Shown: positions 53,927-64,000 of the stretch, piece by piece
How positions within the stretch are numbered: position 1 is the first letter of the stretch
How the letters are laid out: every line of letters begins with the position of its first letter
Source: Marsupella aquatica
Lineage: Eukaryota > Plantae > Marchantiophyta
DNA length: 64,000 bases
Reading direction: 5' to 3'
NCBI GenBank assembly: GCA_973895155.1
Contig: OZ316894.1
Coordinates: 21,671,867-21,735,866 of the forward strand
The notes under the pieces: model-generated
The model's input: the letters and a program-made list of their open reading frames with translations, nothing else
Told to the model about the DNA's origin: nothing
Database searches by the model: none
Translations under genes and position numbers: made by a program

Positions 53927-54268
53927 TGTTAGGTATTTACTCAAGGTCTAGGGTTACGATAGGTAACCGTAGTTAGACTAACCGTAGTCAGAGACGTGGT
54001 TAGGTTAACTAGGATGCACACTATATGCCAAGCGGTGTTTGCTTGGATAAGTGGAACTTAGGCTCATTGTTATGGAGCCACTTGAGAGATGAGGAGAGCT
54101 TACACTGGGAGACTTGGTATAGTCGACGAGCTTAGAGTTCAGTAAAGCTCTCTTGTGTGTTCCCGTGGACGTAGCCTCGAGGAGGTGAACCACGTATCTC
54201 TTGTGTCGACTACTTGATCGTTGGATGTGTCATGTGCTTACCGTTGCGATTGTCGTCTATGCTCAACA
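53927..54268. mobile_element. Solo LTR (342 bp) with 5-bp TSD TGTAC
   Basis: TGTT...AACA termini. TGTAC at 53922-53926 and 54269-54273. Shares TCTTGTGTGTTCCCGTGGACGTAGCCTC..GGAGGTGAACCACGTATCTC with the reverse complement of 43735-44078. Confidence 0.9.
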
Positions 54269-54419
54269 TGTACCCGATCCTCCTGTGGCTCCTAATTTGC
54301 TGTGTGATGTGATTTACCTGTCTCCAATCATCCTCGATCCCTAGGTGTCAACAGATCCTGGAGTTTCCGAAGCCCTCTGTTTGCCATGAATCTTCTTAAA
54401 TCCACCCCCTACTTCCTGC

Positions 54420-54714
54420 CTCGGGGGTCTCACTATATGGGGACCTCCCCATCACCTGCGACGTTTTAGGCCTCGGACCCCCTAAAATGTAAGAAAAAAA
54501 ATTATTTTTTAACCCCTATAAAGTTGGAATATTCTTGGAATATTCTAAAAATTGGATTAAAAAGACCCTAATGTTCTTATAAGTCTCAAAATTGAATTTA
54601 AAAGACCCTATTGTTCTTCTACAAATATTCTTAAGTCTTCCCTTAGAACCAATAAAATGACCCTATCCTTCGTCGCACGTGATATGTCATTTTTGTGGAA
54701 GTGAAACCCCCGAG
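54420..54714 (+). mobile_element. MITE family A, best-preserved copy, 8-bp TSD CTTCCTGC
   Basis: TIR CTCGGGGGTCTCACT / AGTGAAACCCCCGAG. CTTCCTGC at 54412-54419 and 54715-54722. Confidence 0.92.
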
Positions 54715-56907
54715 CTTCCTGCTCAGCTCTGCATTACGCAGGTACAGCAGCACGGTTTGCTCAATGGAGAGGTGGATAGGCAACAAACCTTCACCAAACT
54801 GAAAATGAAGAGTGAACTTTTCTCAAACCAGCCACGGAGCAAGCTCCGTATAGTTGGTGACCCTCTGATCTGAAGGTCCTCACTCAGTAGGTTTGCTTCA
54901 GCAGCCGTCCACCGTCTGCTTTCTTTTTTTGTCGGCCCTGAGTTCAGTCTTGTTTGAATAAGTTCCTGCACCATAGTCTCCCATTCACGATCCACGCCAA
55001 AAATCAGCTTCACTGTGTGTCTCATCTTCAGAGAATGCGCTTGATCTTCAAATGGTTGGAGACCAAGCCCACCATCACCTTTAGATTATGTGATCACCTG
55101 CCACGCAATAAGCACTTTCTTGGGTTTAGTAGTGCTAGCTTGTCCCCACAAAAAGCTTCGACAGATCTTTTCCATTTCTTCAAACCCTTGCCGTTGCAAG
55201 GCCAGGGTCATCAGGTGATAAGTAGGAATGGTACGCAGCATGTGTTTGATTAGAATAGATCTTCCGGCCAGGGACAGTATTGGTCTAGTGACTCAGTCGT
55301 TTCCTTAGTTTGCCAATCAAAAAATCAGCTTCATGAGCGGGTCAAAGCCTGTAACCAATGGGGCATCCAAGGTATTCAGTGATCTCTCCAACACCAGCTA
55401 TCTGGCACCCGATGGTCTGGAGCCACGCCTAAAATTATTCAATAGTCCCAATTAAAGGCTTTTGATTACCATTTTGGGAAGACTGCTTAAAATTGGAGCA
55501 ACCTTGCAATAGGGTGGCTAAGGTCTATAGTAAAGCCCTCTTAGGACTGGCATGTTCCAGATAAGGCTCGAAGGTGCTTGTTGGGGACATTGCTCTTGTG
55601 ACAAGGCTTTATGTTGGCTGGAGACCAACTCAGATTTTTCTTACTTTTATTTTAGATTCATTTTTGAATCCTCACAATTTTAGGTGCCGGAGTTTGTTTT
55701 TTCTCGTTTATCTAGATAGATACTATAGTCTTGATTACTTAAAGTTGGAGCAACCCTATACTCAATCTTATATCATAGCAGTACAAGGAGGTCCTTGCAA
55801 CACACACTAGATAGGTATCCAGACCCTCTATTATCCAGTTCAAACATGAGTCTCCCCATAAGCAAGTACAATTCATAGCACTTCAATGAGATCCCTCCAC
55901 CAGAGTAATAGGTATCCAGAATTTCTGCTTCCCTCCTTTGCCCAGGTCAAGAATAATTCTCCAGTGAGCAAAAATTAGTGTGGGTTCCACGAGATCCCTC
56001 CAACTACAGGAGTAGAATCTACCCAGAATTTTGTATGAGGCTGGGACTAGCTTGGGTTAAATAGCCAATGTCCATGAAAAAACCTGGATCCACCAGGTTT
56101 CACCATTATACTAGACTAGTTCGGGTTAAATAGCCATTGTCCATGACAAAATCTGGATTTTCACCATTTTTAGTATAATGTGAAAAAGGGAGAGAAGTCT
56201 TGGACACTTCTTGTTCTTTTATATGGCTATATGGCCAGTCATGATTTTAACCATACATTTTAGAATCTCAGAAAGACCACCACAATTCCTGGACGCTTCC
56301 TTTATTGTGTGACATTTTACACTCTAAGAAAGAACACCACAATTCCTACCACAAGTCTCGGATGATTCCTATAGGCTGTCTTGCATGCGCAGGGTCCTTA
56401 AAAATTGGCCCCTTTCATTCACTCATGTCACCCTTATCATTGAGAGAGTGCTTCATGGCTGACCCATCTCTCTAGGCAGGCCTGCAGGCAGCTAATGAGG
56501 GAAACTAAGGGCAAGGGCCACAACATTTCCAGCCCTTCCCTTCAAGCCCTTACAATTTCCTAACAAACAAATAACTTTACTTTACAAAAGCAAATCACAT
56601 ACATCATTTACAGAGATCTTGTGGACAACACATATCTACTTTTTCCCTGCATGTTAGTCATGTCTTGTGGGCAAACCATATCTACTTTTTCCTTGCATGT
56701 TAGGGAATGTAGAGGGCCAGAATTGCAAGGACCATCACATGCAAGGCTCTTTGTCGACTGCCCCCACTTTGCTCAGACTTTGCTCAAACCTACACACTGA
56801 AGCTTTCCCCACAGAGCCGCACTTATTCTGTTCAGAGGAGGTATTTTATAATGCGAGCAAACAGGATTTTTGTTAGTGAGGGGAGTGTTGTTAGCGAGAC
56901 ACTTGTG

Positions 56908-57179
56908 CTCGGGGGTCTCACTATATGGGGACCTCCCCATCACCTGCAACGTTTTTAGGCCTCTGACACCCTAAAATGTAAGAAAAAAATTATTTTTTAA
57001 CCCCTATAAAGTAAATTTGGAGTAAAAAGACCCTAATGTTCTTGTAAGTTTCAAAATTGAATTTAAAAGACCCTATTGTTCTTCTACAAAAATTCTTAAG
57101 TTTTTCCTTACAACCAATAAAATGACCTTATCCTTCGTCGCACGTGATATGCCATTTTTGTGGAAATGAAACCCCCGAG
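56908..57179 (+). mobile_element. MITE family A copy, 8-bp TSD CACTTGTG
   Basis: CACTTGTG at 56900-56907 and 57180-57187. Same TIRs as the other family A copies. Confidence 0.92.
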
Positions 57180-57519
57180 CACTTGTGGTTTTAAATTTCT
57201 TTTGCTTTTTGCTGCCTTTTATATATTTTGTGTGTTTTTAATGACTCCAGATGGCTAGCGAGATTGCTAGCAAAAAGAGGAGTACCCAAAATGGATGTTA
57301 TCAACCAGGTTTTTGTTAGCAAGGGAGTTGGATATAGAAAAATTAGGGAAAAAAGGAGTCCCCAAAATGGATGTTATCAACCAGGTTATTGTTAGCCAGG
57401 GAGTTGGATATAGAAAAATTAGGGGTCATGTGAGTAACTTTTTTGCTTATGCGAGGAAAATTATTACGTACTTTTCCTCGCACTCCATAATGACCCACAG
57501 ACTACAGAGTGCAGCTTTT

Positions 57520-57812
57520 GATGGCTAATTGTCAGTCAGACTATTATATTGTTTGAACTTCAGGAGTTTGTCTGGTTGGAACTTTTGGCTGATTTGTTTC
57601 ATTGTTTGTACGTGTTGAAAGTTGCTAACTGTCAGTCAGACTATAATATTGTTTGAACTTCAGGAGTTTGTCTAGCTCCATCTTTTGGCTGATTTGTTTC
57701 ATTGTTTGTGTCTAAAGTTGCTAACTGTCAGTCAAACTAATTATATTGTTTGAACTTCAGAAGTTTGTCTGGCTTGATCTTTTGGCTGATTTAATTGTTT
57801 GTGTCGAAAGTT
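57520..57812. repeat. Tandem repeat, ~100-bp unit x3
   Basis: GCTAACTGTCAGTCAGACTAT.ATATTGTTTGAACTTCAGGAGTTTGTCT...TTTTGGCTGATTT is repeated. Confidence 0.88.
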
Positions 57813-58442
57813 TTTTCGTTGGGTACTAGGAAAGGATTCTCATGCTCATTCAGCTACACTCTTTACAGTATTTAGTGTCACGAAACAATTAGTGTCACAC
57901 ACACACTAACTGGGGATAGCTCTTGATTTTCAGCCAAGTGACACTATTTACCGCCATCCTTAATTTTGAAAGATAAATTAAGATATTGAAAAATATTGAT
58001 AGTTAGAGGTGACAATGTTATTACCCTAAACTGCTCTCACTCCAAAGTTATCCAAACTACCAACGACATCTCTTTGTGTGTATGTTCTTGGAAAGTTTCT
58101 TTGTGTTTTATCTTGTGAGTCTTTGTGAAAGGAGGTTGATAGATTTATAACATGGTGGGAATGGATTGGCCGTCATAGTTGGATTTGCTAGCACAAGGGA
58201 AAGAGAATCAAGACTATGTCAAAAATCACTGGTAATTAATCTGCATCTCATTTGGCTTATCCTCGCTGCATTTCAAAAAATGATAAATGAAGACCCAAAA
58301 AATGTGGGGATTGGGACACGGGGAACATCTAGGAAATTGATAAATCCAGGCAAACACAAGGGCAAACATTGATTTTTGACATTGGCAAGGGACTCTGTAG
58401 CTGAGGTGAAGAGTTATATTGATAGACATGACATGTCTTATG

Positions 58443-58668
58443 CTCGGGGGTTTCACTTTCACAAAAATGACATATCACATGCGATAAAGAATAGGGTCAT
58501 TTTATTGGTTCTAAGTGAAGATTTAAAATTTTTTGTAGAAGAATAATAAGTTATTTCAAATTCAATTTTGAGACTTATAAAAATATTAGTGACTTTTTAA
58601 TTTAATTTTTAAAATATTTTAACTTTATAGCGATTAAAAAATTTTAAAAAAATCTTATATTTTAGGGG
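58443..58668 (-). mobile_element. MITE family A, inverted, truncated, AT-decayed copy
   Basis: Begins CTCGGGGGTTTCACTT (the right TIR in reverse) and stops at TTTTAGGGG, directly before the duplicated ABCG promoter. Confidence 0.85.
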
Positions 58669-59596
58669 AAATATTCACTGCTTTTCGTTCGGTGGTACGT
58701 GGATGAGTGGATTCAATCACGCGCTCGTCTCGGCGCACGTCGCGGCCAGCGATTTGACCACGGTCCCACATTGCAGAAAACATTCTAGCTATCATAATCT
58801 CTCCTCTTTCGATCGAGCCTACTGCCGCAATGTGTGCAAACGAACAGCATCCTTTACTGATCCGACACTCGAATCTCAGTCATGTGCACGCGAGTTCTGG
58901 ACCGAGCTAACAATGAGGGTCCCAAAATTGGGTGCTTGTGACGGCGCTGCGCATATGTATTGAAGCCTATTTGTTGGTGAGTCCGTGAGTCAGTGAGTGA
59001 GCAGGCAAGTGCTGGATCGTAACACGTGAAGAAACTTTTCTCCTGGATTTATTCATGCTTCTTCTGTTTATCACGGATGTGTGTTTTCTCTTACAATACT
59101 CGATTGTGCCATTGTCATGGGCTCTACTGGTAGATAGATGCTCGCAGTACATGAATAGATAGATAGCTCGAAGGAAGAAAGGAAGGGCGGCAGCGTCTGG
59201 AGCCTCGGAAGACAAGGTGAGGCTAGGAAAGTTTAGCAGAAATGCTACTCGTCATGCATATGGTCTCTATTTCTTTCAATGGTTATCAATCTGGGCTCAA
59301 AAACGTACAGGATATGGACCAGGACGTGATGATTTTCGGGGCGTAGGAAGGGACCAGGATGTTTGGTATGGAAGTTCTTCAGAAAACGTTTGCGGGGGTA
59401 GAAATTGCAGGCGAAGCATCCTCGGTGGACTTTTCAGATAATCATTGTGCAACTATGATCTTAATTGGAATCGAACTGTGCAATGAAGTTGTGATCCGTA
59501 GAAGACAGCTTACCGAAGCACATTAGGCTGAGTGAGAGATTCTAGCCGCTGCTTCTATATATCCTGGAATAGTGAAGAAACGGAAGAAGGTGGATA

Positions 59597-62500
59597 ATGG
59601 CAATGGGCATGTTCGCTGTCGAGTACCACTGGATTGTCCGAAGGCGCTTGCTGTTGGTAGCTTTGGCTGTGGTGATCGGCAAACTACTTCTCCTGGTGGG
59701 TGTCGAGGCTCAAATCGCAACGCCGCCGAATATCCGGGCTCCGGCGATACCACCAGGGCTGAATATACCACCACTGCCTCATCAGGCTTCACAGTACCTG
59801 AACGACAAGATCGGGCAATACCTAGCAGCTTTTGAGAGTACCAACTCCGATTGCTTTGCGTGAGTGCTTCCTTCCGATTTAAAATTTTCACTTCTCGAAT
59901 TATGGATGTATCTCATGGCTGTTTTCAACGAAATATAGAACGGAATCAGAATTTGGGCAATTTTGCGTCAATTCTTCTCCAAATTTCAGCCAACCTCGTT
60001 TTAGACTACATACTTGTAACGAATATATAGCTTCGGTTTGCTGAAGGAGTTGCTGGTGCGTGCGTTGCATGGGGACCAGATCTTGCATGCCAGCCAGATA
60101 GATCCTTAGTCCTTTCATGTTCATATAATTCATTTGTGCTGCATAGTTGCCTTGCACATATACATCAGATATCGCCTGGATAATCGGTGATGCCAGTAGA
60201 GCCGAGTCCTTGAATCTACCTATGTCTGCTACATTCACAGATCCTCGCTTACAATTTGCACATGTCCAATGGGGACGCCAATCCAGCCTGTGAGTCACCC
60301 ATGTTAGTTGGAAATTGCTCTCTGGTGAAGGTTCAGCATCCGATATGGAATGTGAAGATTCAAGGCACTTAATGATCACAATTTTTACTAGATTGTTCAT
60401 TATGTGGCGAATTTGGGCTGCAAGGCCCGCTGCAAGGCCATTTCCCATTCCCTAGGGAAAATGATGACTATTTTAAGTAATCGTCACGGATCCTTGCCCT
60501 CAAGGATCATAGAATGTAGGGCCATCTCTTGAATCTTGTAACTCCAGTGCAGTGCTCGACCTTCACCGAGATGTTATCAACGCTCTCTGCTCGAGACTTC
60601 CTGGTCTCCCAACCTAGCTTCATCTGATTTTCATGGGGTAAATAATTTGAACTGTTGCGTTGTGTTGCAGCCGCTCTGATGAACAGACCACCTTTGACAG
60701 AGACTCCTTGGTAAGCGTTTCATCTAGCTGCGTGCAGAATGGTGAGCTCCGTTTCAAATCTCCTTACCTTAAGAACTTTCTAGAATTACTGCACTCTGTT
60801 ACACGTTCAGGAAACTATTTATTGAGTTTGATGTTTCTACGGCGCGTAAGCTTTCGCATACTGCTTTGAAGTCCCTGTAGAGAATGAGCTGGCAAACGAA
60901 GAATGCGCCTCACATGAGAGCTTATTGTACATCATTTTAAGCTCAATTTTTGGTTGTTGCGTGCAGCGACGGACTTCGTGCTTAGATTATGTGAACAAAA
61001 AGAAATCGAGCTGTATATTAACAATATAGTGAATGTGCAAGCGTTTGGAGTTAGTTCTAATATCAACTGCAACAACCCCAACTGGCCAATAGCATGCAAT
61101 CCAGGGTGGGCAGCAGCAACTGCTTTTAACTACACCATTCCGACAAACGTCATCCCTATCCGCGTTTCAAACGCACAAATCTGTTGTCCGGGGTTCTTTT
61201 GCCCTCGAGGTCTTACCTGCATGATTCGTAAGCTCTCAAGCCTGGTTCAAGGCACTTTGTCCTGTGCTATAAACTTTCTACCTTGGCTTGGTGTTAAGGC
61301 GGCACACAACCAGGGACTTTGATCACCCAGGATTTTGAAGTGGAGTTCCTGAACGATCTGCAATCATCAACTCTGTTTTCTTTTACTGTTTCAATGGTGT
61401 TTGCTTTGAAATGAGTCAACAGAATTGAAGCTTTCTGAGTGCTCCAAAACTCATCTCGTTCCCTTTCACTTGATGCCAGTTTTATTCCCAGAATGTCTCT
61501 GGCTGCTGTCATATTTTCGGTAATTCTCAGGGTAGGGTGAGGCCTTCACTGGTGGTAATACACATCTCAGTTAATGGAACTCACCTCTGATATTTTCATT
61601 TTTGTCCTCCGACCATGTAAAGCTTGTCCAATGGGAGCATTCTGTCCACTTGCGTCGTACAACACCTTCACGCGCAGTTGTGCACCGTAGGTTCCCAATT
61701 GTTCAAACCTTCTACTCACTTTCTGTCGATTCCTCTTTAGGGTTTGAAGAGAAGGGCTACAGTTTTTGGTATTACCATGACTTCAACTTGACCCTTGACT
61801 CTTGCGCCTTAGTTTGAATCCTTGCTGTTATGCTTGATAACAGATATTATTATCCAGCACTACCAGACGGTAATCAGTGCGGGGGAGCAGATCTTTGGCT
61901 CAATGAAAAGGACACTAAAGGGATATTTTGTGGCGGGTTTGACGTCAACGGCACATATTGCCCAGATGCTACAACAAAAATGGACTGTCAAAAGGGGTAA
62001 TATGCCGTAGCCTAGTGAACTTGTCAAACTTTTGTGTTTACTTTCAAATATTTGTAGCTTAATGATGGCTTCCTCGAGGATGAGAAACTGAATTGGAAAA
62101 TGGCCAAAATTGTGATGAGTCAGCTAACAATTTGGTTATGTGCAGACACTTCTGCCGAGTAGGTTCCACAGTTCAAACTAGTAAGTTCCTTACTTGCAAT
62201 AGAGAGGATTGTACAGGGGGAAGTGCTTAGACATTCCAGCTGCAGTTGAGCAGTTCAGGGGCGCAAATGACTGATATCCGAAAAAGCATTGGATTGACTA
62301 ATATTCATGAAAGTAAAGCGTTTAGTCGGAATTTCATCGGCAAAGTGTGTGGCTCTTTCCAGAATGCTCACTCTTCGCGCGCTGCAACAAGTATGGAATT
62401 AAGTCCCAGAACCTCAAAATCCAAGGAATGCTGCTAGTTGTAAGTGTCCCAGAATTCCCTGTTCAGAGAGCAGCTCAAATTGAGGAATGGATATAGGTGT

Positions 62501-64000
62501 GTTCTTTACTTCAGAGCGTGCTTGACTCAGGATTTCATCAGTACCTGAAGTGATTGGACGCATAATGATTTCTAGTGAATATCATTGAAATAGCTCATGT
62601 CTAGTTGTTCTTTTGACTGTTGATGTTAGTTTCTGTTGTCAATGAAGATAGACAGGTGTTTCAAAACGAAGAAAGCTAATTTCCAAAGTGCTGCTCAGGT
62701 GGTACTATCCGTAAGCCTTCTGGTGATTTACACCTGCTCTGATCAATGCCTGCATATTCGGGAGAGAAGGAAGGACAAGGCCCTAGAGACTGCGGCACGA
62801 CAGGCGAAACAGCGTGCCTCTGCTGCAGAACGATGGAGAAGAGCCATAGAAAGAGGAACCAAAAAGAAGGCCAAAGAATTTGGAGCCAAGACGAAGTCTG
62901 TGATGCTCACCAATACACAATCACGTAAATCCCACTCCGAAGTTCGCACCTCAGGAACCCACAGTTCGTCTTCTGAAAGTCTCCACATTGAGCAGCAGCC
63001 ACTTAAAGCAGAGCCAAATTCAACCGATCCGAGGGTTCTGCTGGGATGGGCTGACAATGACCTGGAGAAGAGAGAGTACGTGGTTAATCTCCATATTAAT
63101 CCTACTTCACTATCTGCTCCTGGAATGGGTAATCTCCGTAATCGTACTTCACCATCTGGTGCTGGAAGCAGCCAAAGTTCTTGGTCTAGGGATCTGTATC
63201 CAGACGAAGGATCGCGTAGCATTGATCTCTACGACGCTGTGCAACTCTCCCCTGTGATTTCAGAAGTTAGTGCCAAAGAGGAAGGCCTGCCTTCTGTTAA
63301 GGAGATTAATGATGTTCGTTGGAAAGCACTGGCGCATACAACGAGCCAGATTTATAAGTATGCATATGGAGAGATTGAGAAGGAAAAGGTCAAGAATCAA
63401 TCCAAGCCAGGGTCTGTGCAGGAGGTCGTGGAATCAGATGGGTTCCGTGCCATGCTGGCAGGGCCGAGAAGGCTCGAGATAGAGCTCAAGTTTATCGACC
63501 TGTGTCTCGTTTTAAAGGGCAGTGGGAAAAAACTTCTCAGCTTTGTTACAGGAGAGCTCCGTCCAAGGCGGGTGACTGCAGTAATGGGTCCTTCAGGTCC
63601 GGACGACAAGCCTCTTTGAGCCCCTTTTTCTAATGTGCTCAACACACTAATGTTGGTCGGACGTTATTTTCTCGTCTTTGGATATTCTGTGTTCCCACGA
63701 TAGGAATTCTGATAACTTAACTGAAAATGTTACTTCGTTTCAGGTGCCGGAAAGACCACTTTTCTCAATGCGCTTGCTGGGAAAGAGACTGGAAGTGTGA
63801 TCACAGGGCAAGTTTTCATCAATGGAGTCCCAGGGTCCATCCAAGCGTATAAACGCATAATTGGTTTTGTTCCACAAGATGATATTGTTCATGGTAGTCT
63901 CACTGTGGAGGAAAATTTGTCCTTCAGTGCCAAGTACAGGTACTGTCTCATCGCTCTCCGGGCTTCTCTTTCCCTTCCCTCGGCTCCTATAACCTCTCGG
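59597..64000 (+). CDS. ABCG24/28-type half-transporter, copy 2 (exons 1-9 in the window; continues beyond it)
   Basis: About 97-98% identical by eye to 32214-36720, including introns. Splice sites and reading frame are retained. A ~120-bp intronic deletion near 62350 keeps the acceptor. Confidence 0.93.

Larger units (their letters stand above)
52722..55428 (-). mobile_element. 5'-truncated LINE (3' ORF2 end) with 15-bp TSD CTAAAATTATTCAAT; hosts a solo LTR and a MITE
   Basis: TSD at 52707-52721 and 55429-55443, with the empty site at ~28735-28747 in copy 1. The minus strand encodes ETTEHLFFSC and YGIWKERN. Confidence 0.9.
46248..56570 (+). repeat. Upstream block of the duplication, copy 2, expanded by retroelement insertions
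   Basis: See 27176-30660. Interrupted at ~46620-51470 and 52722-55428. Confidence 0.88.

Noticed and set aside
59905-59920. EIN3-binding-like ATGTATCT in a copy-2-specific intron indel (also ATGTACCT at ~26176, 27211, 46283)
   Set aside because: An 8-bp degenerate motif is expected by chance in 64 kb. There is no evidence of a regulatory link between EIN3 and the ABCG genes.

Overview
Eukaryotic plant nuclear DNA with GT-AG introns. A bryophyte or liverwort origin is inferred from the gene and LINE styles, not proven. Genes: (1) the 3' part of a paladin-like PTP/inositol-phosphatase gene (to 6043); (2) a disabled copy of a small plant 'MGSLMAGW...WWT.. WAFLN.PP' gene (13128-13525); (3) an EIN3/EIL ethylene transcription factor with a single-exon CDS (23516-25432); (4) a complete 15-exon ABCG24/28(WBC30)-type half-transporter with a Cys-rich ectodomain (32214-40489); (5) an orphan first exon of an MDR-family oxidoreductase (45549-45767); (6) a second, near-identical ABCG copy running off the window (59597->64000). 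The right half is a tandem or segmental duplication: 27.2-30.7 kb recurs at 46.2-56.6 kb, and 31.3 kb onward recurs at 58.7 kb onward. The second copy has gained LINEs, a solo LTR and MITEs with readable target-site duplications (TSDs). The most notable signals are the concentration of amino-acid changes in the ABCG ectodomain between the two paralogs, two non-autonomous DNA-transposon families with 8-bp TSDs and atypical termini, a 1-kb array of 18-bp palindromes, a uORF-rich EIN3 leader, and a 43-bp inverted templated insertion. All coordinates and counts were read by eye. I found no CRISPR array, rRNA or intact tRNA, and no clearly new biological system.
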